A DNA stretch of 64,000 nt, from positions 1 through 64,000 of the IMG/VR virus record IMGVR_UViG_3300043399_000877; one strand, given 5' to 3'. The notes below the pieces were generated by a model, which did no database searches, was not told the origin of the DNA, and was given only the letters and a program-made list of their open reading frames with translations. A program made the position numbers and the translations under genes. Positions within the stretch are counted from its first letter, which is position 1; each line of letters starts with the position of its first letter. Shown here one piece after another: positions 52,423 through 61,348 of the stretch.

Positions 52423-53487
52423 TTAATTAGGAACCCATTGCCGGCGTGGTACCAATTTAATGTAAAATCTAGTGGTAACATATCCTTCGCTACCGGGCTG
52501 GCCGTTTACTGTTGACTTAAATGTAACATTATTCTCATCTAACTGCCGTATTAGATCGTCTTTTATATCCATAACTTGATGGTAAATGTCAAACATGAGA
52601 GACATCTGTGCGGAATTCTGTTTTAGCAGGGCTTCTATTTTTCCCTGTTTATTAAAAGACACGCTCGATTGGCTAAGCCAGTCTCTGAAGTTTTCAACAG
52701 ATATAAGATCTATGCTGTGTGCTTTCACCATGCTATTGGTATATTTGTAAATTATTTCTCTAAAATCGGAAAGCCCCGGACGGCTTTCAAACAAGAACTG
52801 ATTTAACGGCAGGTAGTGCTTTTCATCTAAGAGCTCGTCAAGAGCCTTTAATTTTTCGGAATCTAAAGAAATTTTACCTTTGACGGCAGTCTGGCTCATA
52901 ACTACGATGCTGCTGGAATTTTTAAATAGGTTTTCTTGGGGCGGATATCCGTATGCATTTTTATGAAAATCACGATAGTGTTTGTGAATTGCGAGGCCTA
53001 CCGAACTTTTCATTATTGTGTCAGCAAGATCACTGTCTTGATCTATACTGTAAGTGGTCTTGTTTGGGGCAAAATGCAAATGTTTGCCGTCAACTTCATA
53101 AGGCTTTCCCGGATGCCACAATACGTCTGCATAATAGAATCCAGTTTCTGTTTCGGGAAAATTACTTTCAATTATTCTCCAGAGTTTAGCTAAATCCTCT
53201 GCAAACCTACCGCGCCATCCTTCTTGTTTTCCACGTGACATGGTCCAACTAACTAATTCATCAACAGATCCAATCCATTCATGACCCCATCCGTTTTTGC
53301 CCACAAGGGTAAACCTACCACTGTTGTCACGCCCGAAGTATATAGTGGGGTTTCCATCCCACTTTATACTCATATTCACGTTATGAATATTCTTTAGAAT
53401 AAACTGGGCCCGCAGCGCGCCGCGCGTCTCTGTAAAAACCAGATCTTCTGGATGCTGATACTCACGGCCTATTCTTTTTATTCTCAT
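52423..53487 (-). CDS. Hypothetical protein with KxDG ligase-like motif (DUF6267-like)
   Basis: EYQHPEDL, SIKWDGNPTIYFGR, GSEGYV. Confidence 0.55.
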   Translation of the reverse strand: MRIKRIGREYQHPEDLVFTETRGALRAQFILKNIHNVNMSIKWDGNPTIYFGRDNSGRFTLVGKNGWGHEWIGSVDELVSWTMSRGKQEGWRGRFAEDLAKLWRIIESNFPETETGFYYADVLWHPGKPYEVDGKHLHFAPNKTTYSIDQDSDLADTIMKSSVGLAIHKHYRDFHKNAYGYPPQENLFKNSSSIVVMSQTAVKGKISLDSEKLKALDELLDEKHYLPLNQFLFESRPGLSDFREIIYKYTNSMVKAHSIDLISVENFRDWLSQSSVSFNKQGKIEALLKQNSAQMSLMFDIYHQVMDIKDDLIRQLDENNVTFKSTVNGQPGSEGYVTTRFYIKLVPRRQWVPN

Positions 53488-54181
53488 CGTATTCATCCAT
53501 TAGTGATAGACCTTCGTGGCCCAGCGTTTCTTCAGCCTCGGCAATCAACTGTTGCCAATTTGGTTTGCGTTTGACATAATGCATTATACTGTCAATATTT
53601 TCTAAGTCATCCAGTATTGCATCGTTTCCCAACAAATAACCGGGCATTGCAGTTATCTTATCGGAAAGCAGAACACCTTCACGGGTGAGCACACCTTTTA
53701 GTGCGCTCCAACGATATCCACGAGATTTTGCAATACTTGCTAGAAGAATGTGCCGATGTCTGCCTTTAAAACCGTGGGTGCTTTCCCCACGCAGGCTCCA
53801 CTTTAGCCAATCTGGATCGCCAAACATGAGATCAACTTGCACATAACCAAATTCACGATTTCCGCAAATAGGAGTGCGAATGTGAACACAATTTCCGCTT
53901 CTGGCGACCCAGGATTTTAATGGGTCGTCTGGGTACCGGTGTTTTATGTATTCTGATACAGTTTTATACACCGAGTCTTTGCTGTGGTAATCTTCGTTAA
54001 CTGCTAGATCAATGTCGTTTGACTGTTCAGCTTGACCGGCAGACCCTAGGAGATTTTTTGAAAGACCAGGAATTTTTACCAACAGCTCTATCCACATGAC
54101 AGTGCTGGGTATATCATCTCGTTTTATGGGTTGTGTTAATGGTTGTCGTGTCGCGGGATCTTTAAAAACATGGCCACCCAT
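53462..54181 (-). CDS. Pol-beta-type nucleotidyltransferase-like protein
   Basis: MGGHVF, LLGSAGQAEQSNDIDLAV, VQVDLM. Confidence 0.6.
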   Translation of the reverse strand: MGGHVFKDPATRQPLTQPIKRDDIPSTVMWIELLVKIPGLSKNLLGSAGQAEQSNDIDLAVNEDYHSKDSVYKTVSEYIKHRYPDDPLKSWVARSGNCVHIRTPICGNREFGYVQVDLMFGDPDWLKWSLRGESTHGFKGRHRHILLASIAKSRGYRWSALKGVLTREGVLLSDKITAMPGYLLGNDAILDDLENIDSIMHYVKRKPNWQQLIAEAEETLGHEGLSLMDEYDENKKNRP

Positions 54182-54194
54182 GTACAGTCCACTT

Positions 54195-54455
54195 CTATTT
54201 TTTTCTAGATTCGATTATTCGTTCAACACCGGCTCTAAATTTTTTTGGATTTGCGTTTTTAATGGCACTCAAAAAACGTTTTTCCAAATCGATTGCAGTG
54301 TCGGGGTCGTATGTTTCGTGTATGTTTACAAGAAAATTAATGGCACTTTCGATAATATTATTACCAGTGGTAGATAAACGTTCTTCACCATGCAAACGAT
54401 TCATGGAGTTTAATTCTTCTAAAATGCTTCTGGTTCGTTTCTTCATTGGTGCCAT
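54195..54455 (-). CDS. Hypothetical phage protein
   Basis: KRTRSILEEL...IIESAIN motif. Confidence 0.75.
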   Translation of the reverse strand: MAPMKKRTRSILEELNSMNRLHGEERLSTTGNNIIESAINFLVNIHETYDPDTAIDLEKRFLSAIKNANPKKFRAGVERIIESRKK

Positions 54456-54633
54456 CTCCTAATATATTTAGCTTATTAACAACGGCTTGTCAAGACAAAT
54501 TTCGTTTCTGTCAGTTATGCTGCATGTGCATACCGCGATTGCACAGATACCCCTAGATTTCTTTGCTTTCCTGTGTTAAATATAGTGTGCATGTGCAGCA
54601 TTTGCGCATTAATCACACAGGAACATACAGAAA

Positions 54634-54807
54634 ATGATGACAATGAACTTTTTTAACGGATTGGTTAAAGTATTAAAATCCAACAGCGAACGAGATGACT
54701 CAGGGCTTCGCAGTTGGGCGCGGTTAGAATACAAAGGCGATGCGGAATACGCATACAACTATTATAAGTCGACTGGACAGATTCCGGCACTGGGAGTATG
54801 CTCATAA
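54634..54807 (+). CDS. Small hypothetical protein
   Basis: Manual translation MMTMNFFNGLVKVL...LRSWARLEYKGDAEYAY...*; TAATG coupling to the next gene. Confidence 0.6.
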   Translation: MMTMNFFNGLVKVLKSNSERDDSGLRSWARLEYKGDAEYAYNYYKSTGQIPALGVCS

Positions 54808-54977
54808 TGTTCAAGTTACATGAATGGTACAAGAAGCGTAGAATGTTTAAGACAACCTACAACGAACTTAATCGCCTTTCCGATTATGAGCTTGCTGATT
54901 TAGGTTTGGATCGCAGCATGATTGAATACATAGCTAAAAACTCGAGTTATGGGAGCGATAAGAATGTTTTCCTTTAA
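54807..54977 (+). CDS. DUF1127 (YjiS-like) small protein
   Basis: Manual translation MFKLHEWYKKRRMFKTTYNELNRLSDYELADLGLDRSMI (L..LSD..L.DLGL.R signature). Confidence 0.85.
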   Translation: MFKLHEWYKKRRMFKTTYNELNRLSDYELADLGLDRSMIEYIAKNSSYGSDKNVFL

Positions 54978-55134
54978 AAACTGGTTTAAAACAAAAACAG
55001 AACAAGAACGTATTGAAGACTATCTTGCAGATAGCTTGAGCTTGGAAGACCTCGAACGCCGGCAGCGATCGATTAGTCGCGGAGAAGCACCTTGGCAGGT
55101 TCGCGCAAACCTAAATCTCAAAGGATGGGCATAA
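54964..55134 (+). CDS. DUF3563-like small protein
   Basis: ERIEDYLADSLSLEDLERRQRSI. Confidence 0.7.
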   Translation: MFSFKNWFKTKTEQERIEDYLADSLSLEDLERRQRSISRGEAPWQVRANLNLKGWA

Positions 55135-55321
55135 TGTTAGATCCCGATCACAGTTATTTCCGCCAGACTAAGGATGGCAAGAAAGGTGGCAAGTAATGTC
55201 ACATATACCATATTACGGTGAAGACACCAAAGAAGAAAAGAAGTCCAAACCGCAGCCTAAAGAATAATATACTAACTTTTTGATAGCCTCCCGACTAAAT
55301 AACAGTAATCGGGAGGCTATC

Positions 55322-56170
55322 ATGTCATTTACTTTCAATTTTACAGAAGACCAACTAAAACAGATACTCAAAGGAAACCCGGAAGTTTCCGAATGGTACC
55401 GTGCAATGGTGGAGATATTACCCAAATGGGAAATAAACACACCACAACGTGTCGCAGCGTTCCTTGCCCAAACTGCACACGAAAGCCAGAACTTTAAAGT
55501 TCTAGAAGAAAACCTAAATTATAGTTGGAAGGGATTGCGCCAGGTATTTGGCAGGTATTTCCCAACTGACGCGATGGCTAAGGAATACGAGCGCAAACCT
55601 GAAAAGATAGCCAATCGTGTATACGATGATGCAAACCGGTCGTCAAAGTTAGGTAACACATCGCCCGGTGATGGGTGGAAATACCGTGGGCGCGGCATTA
55701 TTCAGCTAACTGGTAAAAACAACTATTCGGCATTCGCCAAGTCTATTGGAAAAACTTTAGACGAGACTATCGCACATCTTCAAACCAAACAGGGTGCTCT
55801 AGAAAGTGCTGCATGGTTCTGGAATCAAAGAAACATAAATCGACCAGCAGACGCGGGTCAGATAGACCAAGTATCAAAACTTGTTAACGGTGGTGACATC
55901 GGTTTAACCGAGCGTCGAAATAATTACAATCAGGCATTGCAAGTTCTAAACGGCAAGACAACTGCGCCAGCCGCTGCGCCGGTCCCCACTACATTGCGAT
56001 TGGGATCACGCGGTGATGAAGTAAAACGTTTACAAGCCGCACTGGGAATCACAGCTGATGGCGTGTTCGGTCCCGGAACTGAACGTGCATTAAAGCAATG
56101 GCAGGCTGGTGCTGGATTGACTGCCGATGGTATAGCTGGCCCAGCAACTTTGAGAAAGCTCTATAACTGA
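55322..56170 (+). CDS. Endolysin: glycoside hydrolase family 19 + C-terminal peptidoglycan-binding domain
   Basis: AAFLAQTAHES, ENLNYS, YRGRGIIQLTGKNNY, VNGG..G; LRLGSRG..VKRLQAALGITADGVFGPGT. Confidence 0.93.
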   Translation: MSFTFNFTEDQLKQILKGNPEVSEWYRAMVEILPKWEINTPQRVAAFLAQTAHESQNFKVLEENLNYSWKGLRQVFGRYFPTDAMAKEYERKPEKIANRVYDDANRSSKLGNTSPGDGWKYRGRGIIQLTGKNNYSAFAKSIGKTLDETIAHLQTKQGALESAAWFWNQRNINRPADAGQIDQVSKLVNGGDIGLTERRNNYNQALQVLNGKTTAPAAAPVPTTLRLGSRGDEVKRLQAALGITADGVFGPGTERALKQWQAGAGLTADGIAGPATLRKLYN

Positions 56171-56631
56171 TGTTTGGCAGTTTTAAACTCATAGGCATTT
56201 TTGCTATCGTTATGGCCGTGACGCTGTCGGGATTCTATTGGTATTATCAAAATTCTCAAAAAACAATAGCAACCCTAACCGGCAATGTTGCGCGACTAGA
56301 GGTGGCAACTCAGATTCAAACTGAAACCATCAACAGTTTACAAGCGGATTTTCAATTGGCAAATCAAGAATTGGCGAAAGTAAACACCACTCTCGCCGAA
56401 ACTCGAGAACAGAATCGTATATTGGTTGATAAATTGTCCGAACACGACCTCGGTTATCTGGCAGAAAGTCGTCCAGGATTGGTAGAGCGAACGATCAATC
56501 GAGCAAGCGACCAGGCCGGGCGATGCTTCGAGTTGCTCAGTGGCGCCCAGTTAACTGAACAAGAAAGCCGGGCAGCATCAGCTAGAGAATTTAATAGTGA
56601 ATGTCCTTGGCTGTGGCCCGGGCAACAATAG
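56170..56631 (+). CDS. Probable inner-membrane spanin (Rz-like)
   Basis: N-terminal TM, coiled coil, follows endolysin. Confidence 0.7.
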   Translation: MFGSFKLIGIFAIVMAVTLSGFYWYYQNSQKTIATLTGNVARLEVATQIQTETINSLQADFQLANQELAKVNTTLAETREQNRILVDKLSEHDLGYLAESRPGLVERTINRASDQAGRCFELLSGAQLTEQESRAASAREFNSECPWLWPGQQ

Positions 56632-56639
56632 GTGATATT

Positions 56640-57020
56640 ATGAAAGCATACATTTTAACAGCGGCGTTACTGTTTGTAGCAGCATGTGGTGCTAAGGCTC
56701 CGGAACCGATTAAGATAAGCACTTCTCCGGTTGAAAGGCCAGAATTAGTGTTGCCGGAGGCTGACCCGTTGAAGTTAAGAGACGTTAAATGGATTGTTAT
56801 AACTGGCGAAAACTACGAAACTGTTTTTAAAGAACTTGCTGATTCCGGAGAAAACATAGTTTTAATCGGTCTCACAGACCAGGGTTATCAAAATCTGTCG
56901 CTTAATTTAAACGACCTGCGCACATACATACAACAGCAAAATGCCATAATACTTGCATACCGGAATTACTATATACGGTCACAGAGTGCTCTTGATGGTG
57001 CTGTCAAGTTAGATCAATAA
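56640..57020 (+). CDS. Probable outer-membrane spanin lipoprotein (Rz1-like)
   Basis: Lipobox LLFVAAC-G, Pro-rich segment, follows the i-spanin candidate. Confidence 0.7.
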   Translation: MKAYILTAALLFVAACGAKAPEPIKISTSPVERPELVLPEADPLKLRDVKWIVITGENYETVFKELADSGENIVLIGLTDQGYQNLSLNLNDLRTYIQQQNAIILAYRNYYIRSQSALDGAVKLDQ

Positions 57021-57080
57021 ACTTGTTGACAGTCTATAAATATTGTGTTACTTTTGTAACATAGTTAAGGAGACACACAC

Positions 57081-57386
57081 ATGCAAGACTACACTAAGCA
57101 AATGCAAGATATGGCTTCGGCTTTTGCCGAGCAGTTCAAGGCAGCGATGCCGAAAGTACACTTCAACAAAAACGGATACGAGATCCGTGCCCAGGTATTG
57201 GAAATGGCACAATCTCAGGTTTGGCAAGACTATCACACCAAGTGTGGCCAGTATGAAACCAGCGTCCGCAAGGAAGGTGACAATATGGTTGTCAGGGTTG
57301 ATCTTCCGCAAGTTCCCGGAGTCGACCAGGTTCTTGAAGCTGCTGAAAAGTTTTACAACTTCGTCAACGGCACTAATAATAAATAA
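57081..57386 (+). CDS. Hypothetical protein
   Basis: AAGGAG RBS, TATAAATA upstream, KNGYEIRAQVLEMA motif. Confidence 0.8.
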   Translation: MQDYTKQMQDMASAFAEQFKAAMPKVHFNKNGYEIRAQVLEMAQSQVWQDYHTKCGQYETSVRKEGDNMVVRVDLPQVPGVDQVLEAAEKFYNFVNGTNNK

Positions 57387-57455
57387 AAGACAGTAAAAAT
57401 TTTATGTAGGTCAGAGCATAGCTCTTTTTAGTATTAAATATTGTATAATGACACG

Positions 57456-57481
57456 CCCCGGTTAGTGCAAACTAGCCGGGG
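57456..57481. terminator. Hairpin between convergent genes
   Basis: CCCCGGTTAG-TGCAAA-CTAGCCGGGG. Confidence 0.6.
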
Positions 57482-57485
57482 TTAA

Positions 57486-58901
57486 TCATTTTACTTCCAA
57501 CCAGCTCAACGATGCTCTTATAGTAGCATTTGATCCAATATAATAACAAATTATAGCAATACACTGACTGTCTGTTGAATCGTAATTTTGATATATAGTG
57601 CTTATTCTGTTGACGACGTCGGCTGTACCGACCACTGCATTATTGTTTCCCTTGGTACCTAATGCAAAATCATCATATAATATATTATAATCTGGCCTAC
57701 TTTGCCAATTTGAATTAAGAGCAGCATTGACAGTATATTGTGTCCATCCTGCCCCGGGGACGTCATTCCAAACCGGAGATCCATCAAAAACGGTAGTACT
57801 GTTTGGAAGTAAAACAATACAATATCTTATGTCGACATCGGTTATTATGTTAAATCCCTTTAATCTAGCCAGTGATCTGTTTGGATGGCCCTGTTGGGTG
57901 TTTGTGAGTTTTAAAGCTATAGCACATTTTCCATATGATTGACTATTTGCTTGAGTTAATGATACCGTTGTTGAACCAGTGCTAACACCACGTTGCCATC
58001 CGGTTTCAAAATCTGACCCTTCACAATAAACACTCCCACAAATCATCATTAGTTCACTGGAACTAGATGTGTCCCCCACATTTTTTATTTCCCATCGTAT
58101 TGGTAAACTGGGCTGAATCATATAAACTTCAGTTACTGAGTTTGCGTGATTAAAATGATGTACATGATGTACCACCCCGTCAACAACAAACCCTATTCTA
58201 ACTCGTCCAACACCCAACCATTGATAGTCTAATGTGAGAATTTGTGCCTTTGAAAAATCTAAATTTACATGGCTTGGGTTTCCTTCAGGATCAGATTCCC
58301 AACTTCCGTCCATTCTATCCATATTCCAATTGTTTTGTGATACAATTTCAGTATCGGTACCATTCTTTCTAATAACAACTTCTGGAACGGTTCCGTTCAT
58401 TCTAAAAAATATTCCATTCAGATCATCAAATGCACCAACTGCCTGTACTAGATTTTCTTTTGCCTGATCCATCACGTAAGTAATAAAAAATAGGTTACTT
58501 GTACCTGAAATGTATGGATGATACTGTTTTGTTTGTCGTACAGCTCGATCACCAGATGCTGTGCCTATAGTAGCTAATGCACACACTCTTGGATAATCCA
58601 CTGTTATACTTGCCGTCCCCGAGGTGAGATCATTCATCTCAAAAAGAGTACCTTCGCCATACATGTATCTGTATTCGCCCAGGATTCTACTATCCGATAC
58701 TCTACCCCTGCCGAATGAAGTTATAGTCGGACTGTCTGCCCAACTTATTCCAACACCGTATGTTTCTGTTCCTCCTTGGACTCGTACAACTGGTTTGCCC
58801 TGTGCGTTGTATTCCATTGCTTTATGTAAATCCCAAAGATTACTTTCGTTTGGGTGTGCATAGGGTGTGCTATTGTTTTCGTTACGGTTTTTCCAACTCA
58901 T
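57486..58901 (-). CDS. Probable virion structural protein (beta-rich)
   Basis: 474-aa track ORF, likely start MSW; RQTKQYHPY..G, DYQWLGVGRVRIGF motifs. Confidence 0.6.
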   Translation of the reverse strand: MSWKNRNENNSTPYAHPNESNLWDLHKAMEYNAQGKPVVRVQGGTETYGVGISWADSPTITSFGRGRVSDSRILGEYRYMYGEGTLFEMNDLTSGTASITVDYPRVCALATIGTASGDRAVRQTKQYHPYISGTSNLFFITYVMDQAKENLVQAVGAFDDLNGIFFRMNGTVPEVVIRKNGTDTEIVSQNNWNMDRMDGSWESDPEGNPSHVNLDFSKAQILTLDYQWLGVGRVRIGFVVDGVVHHVHHFNHANSVTEVYMIQPSLPIRWEIKNVGDTSSSSELMMICGSVYCEGSDFETGWQRGVSTGSTTVSLTQANSQSYGKCAIALKLTNTQQGHPNRSLARLKGFNIITDVDIRYCIVLLPNSTTVFDGSPVWNDVPGAGWTQYTVNAALNSNWQSRPDYNILYDDFALGTKGNNNAVVGTADVVNRISTIYQNYDSTDSQCIAIICYYIGSNATIRASLSWLEVK

Positions 58902-59104
58902 GGTGCCCAAGGTCTTCCAGGTTTTAATCCACCCACGTTTGGATTATCAACTACGTTGTTGGTGTCGTTGTCGTTTTCTGCGTAAACAGTGGGTAGCTGT
59001 GTTAAATCATAGGACTCAGAACGCTTTGCGCTGGCCGCATCTAACTTTGCAATTTGGCGATCACGCTTGTAGGGTAATGTGCTGATCCCGTTTGCGCTCA
59101 TCAC
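58898..59104 (-). CDS. Hypothetical phage protein
   Basis: SANGISTL..KRDRQ.AKLD...LPT.Y...NPN.GGL..GRPW. Confidence 0.7.
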   Translation of the reverse strand: MMSANGISTLPYKRDRQIAKLDAASAKRSESYDLTQLPTVYAENDNDTNNVVDNPNVGGLKPGRPWAP

Positions 59105-59325
59105 AAACCTCCCAGTCTTTTTATATCTTCTAGTTCGTTTTTCTTTCTGCTGTGTTTAACATGCTGCATGATTTCATCGTAATCATCCATGGTTATTACT
59201 TTGTGCTTGCTGAGTCCTGTCACCTTTTCAGTCACAAAGTGCAGTGTCATGTCATCTTTGACTTCTTCTCTAGCCAGCTCAAGCAGACGTAAAAATGTCG
59301 GAACATCTAGTTTTATTATATCCAT
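59101..59325 (-). CDS. Hypothetical phage protein
   Basis: DVPTFLRLLELARE, ends IKRLGGL; TATAAATA upstream. Confidence 0.75.
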   Translation of the reverse strand: MDIIKLDVPTFLRLLELAREEVKDDMTLHFVTEKVTGLSKHKVITMDDYDEIMQHVKHSRKKNELEDIKRLGGL

Positions 59326-59362
59326 TTGTCATCTCCTTGTGGTATTTATAGATAAATAAAAT

Positions 59363-59536
59363 ATGATTAAGCGTTTCTTAAAATGGTTTGACGATTACAA
59401 TCTTGCAATGCAAGAAATGGGGTATCCGCCGGGATATCCGTTTACTTACGCATACGGCGCATACATCATGCCGTTGCCGCCCATTGATGAATTAAAAGAA
59501 CCGACAAAAGATAAAGATGAAAAAACTGGCGTATAG
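59363..59536 (+). CDS. Small hypothetical protein
   Basis: Manual translation MIKRFLKWFDDYNLAMQEMGYPP...EKTGV*; overlaps the next gene. Confidence 0.5.
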   Translation: MIKRFLKWFDDYNLAMQEMGYPPGYPFTYAYGAYIMPLPPIDELKEPTKDKDEKTGV

Positions 59537-59945
59537 AACCCTTGGGATAATATGCGTGGGGTTTGCCTACGTGGGATTGGTCACGCCCGGTATCCCATTT
59601 AGTATATTTTTAGTCATTGCTGCATGGGCTTTTGCAAAAAGTTCGGAAACTTGGCATGACTGGATATACAATCATCCAATCTTTGGTGAATTTTTAACCA
59701 ATTGGAATACAAAAAGAATATTCCCAACTCGAGGAAAATACATAATGATTGCAACTATGGCTAGTACTTTAATCATAACTTGGTTTATGACCGAAAACCT
59801 AAAAGCCATAATGTGGAGCGGTGGGTTTATGGGACTGGTTGCTGTGTGGGCTTGGCGTTATCCGGGAAGCGAAGCTGAATACCAGAGTCGCATAGAAAAA
59901 AACCAGCCCGTAGGCTGGTCTAGTCCACGCGAATGGTTTCGTTAA
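59517..59945 (+). CDS. DUF454 (YbaN-like) inner-membrane protein
   Basis: GFAYVGLVTPGIP...F...AAWAFAKSS..WH.W..NHP.FG..L.NW. Confidence 0.85.
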   Translation: MKKLAYRTLGIICVGFAYVGLVTPGIPFSIFLVIAAWAFAKSSETWHDWIYNHPIFGEFLTNWNTKRIFPTRGKYIMIATMASTLIITWFMTENLKAIMWSGGFMGLVAVWAWRYPGSEAEYQSRIEKNQPVGWSSPREWFR

Positions 59946-60472
59946 AAATATCTATCAACAGCGTTTCTAGATAATTCATTAACTACAAAATCCCATTGTT
60001 CTGGTGCCGGAACGGCGAATATACTGGTGTTGTTCATACTAACCTGTATCCAAAGCTTTTGATCCAACTCTCGATCCAATCTTTCCGGAGTCCACCACAC
60101 ACAACCAGCAACAAACCTATAGTATTCTGGTACTTGATGTATTTTAAATAAATCTATAGCCGAGTTGTCGTTTGTGACTGCAACTTTGTTATAAAACACT
60201 TCGGTTTTTTCAGTTTGCCAATCGGTAGTGTGCAACAACCGAATTTCTCTGGGATTGACTGGTCCTCCCAGATAAACAGGACTGTTTTCGTAATCGTAAG
60301 GCAAATCAAATCCCAGTATGTCAATACCAACTGTGCTTATCTGATTTATTATAACACCAATAATGCGTTTGGAGTTTAGTGAAACTGGCATAACCAAAGT
60401 TCGGTGCCAAGCACTGCCATCTAACTGAGTGCTTGCAAGTAATACTGACCCCGTTGTTATGTTATGTTTCAC
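59942..60472 (-). CDS. YqgE/AlgH (DUF179) family protein
   Basis: LLAS..L....W.RT.V, GVIINQ, VYLGGPV, LLHT, RFVAG...W....LDREL. Confidence 0.8.
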   Translation of the reverse strand: MKHNITTGSVLLASTQLDGSAWHRTLVMPVSLNSKRIIGVIINQISTVGIDILGFDLPYDYENSPVYLGGPVNPREIRLLHTTDWQTEKTEVFYNKVAVTNDNSAIDLFKIHQVPEYYRFVAGCVWWTPERLDRELDQKLWIQVSMNNTSIFAVPAPEQWDFVVNELSRNAVDRYF

Positions 60473-60477
60473 TACCC

Positions 60478-60726
60478 TTAACCTTTATTTGGGATTATCG
60501 GTCCCCCGTATTTTTGAGCTTTTAGTTTTTTACCGGACATACGTACTCTTTTCTTACCGATACGTTGAATTTTTCCACCTTCTCTAGCTCTATAGCCTTG
60601 CCCTTTACAACTTGCAAGAGCACTTGCACCGAGACTTTTGTTGCTTCGGCTGCTTTTGCACAGTGCCTTACTGGCCTTCCATTCTTCGATATCGTCTTCT
60701 TGTGTTAGTACTTCATCTAATCTCAT
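60478..60726 (-). CDS. Hypothetical basic protein
   Basis: LGASALASCK.QGYRAR motif. Confidence 0.7.
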   Translation of the reverse strand: MRLDEVLTQEDDIEEWKASKALCKSSRSNKSLGASALASCKGQGYRAREGGKIQRIGKKRVRMSGKKLKAQKYGGPIIPNKG

Positions 60727-60757
60727 AGGTTTAACTCCATTTATTATATTTATCCGA

Positions 60758-60982
60758 TTAACGATACCTGTCTGCAGGGTTAGTCACTTCACGATCCTCG
60801 TCGGCAGCCAATCTAAATGTTAACGCACTACGAGGTCCACGGGTGGTATTGAGTGATATTTCTCCAGTTTTAGGATGGAACTCAATTTTTGTAATCTGAG
60901 CTGGTCTGTTATTTGGACCTACCAAAATAGTTTGTCCAAGTTCAAGATCTACAGTTATACGATTTAGTGTGCTCATGACCAT
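60758..60982 (-). CDS. Hypothetical protein
   Basis: 74-aa ORF with GGAG RBS. Confidence 0.7.
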   Translation of the reverse strand: MVMSTLNRITVDLELGQTILVGPNNRPAQITKIEFHPKTGEISLNTTRGPRSALTFRLAADEDREVTNPADRYR

Positions 60983-61033
60983 TCTCCTCTATAAATGCGT
61001 ATGCACCGAGTATTTATTTGTATAAATAATTAC

Positions 61034-61348
61034 ATGCACTTGTTTATTAGTAACCTTAACATAACAACTCCACCCTGGTCTGTCAATCAAGTGGATGATG
61101 TTTACGAAATAGTAAACTCAGATCAAACACTTGTTGCGGCTGTCCCGATAGATCCAAGAGAAGATTTATCAAGAATACAAGCGAACGCCGCGGTGTTGGC
61201 GGCTGCGCCAGAGCTGCTGGCAGCTCTTAAGGAGGCGGCGTTTATACTGGAATCACGCGGGGAACCCCTGGGCGAACCGTATTTTGAATTGATCAACCGC
61301 GCAAGTCCAGCGTTGCCGCCTATACCTTATCCGAGACCGCAACGTTAA
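61034..61348 (+). CDS. Hypothetical protein
   Basis: TPPWSV...ANAAVLAAAPELLAALKE motif common in phage proteins. Confidence 0.65.
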   Translation: MHLFISNLNITTPPWSVNQVDDVYEIVNSDQTLVAAVPIDPREDLSRIQANAAVLAAAPELLAALKEAAFILESRGEPLGEPYFELINRASPALPPIPYPRPQR

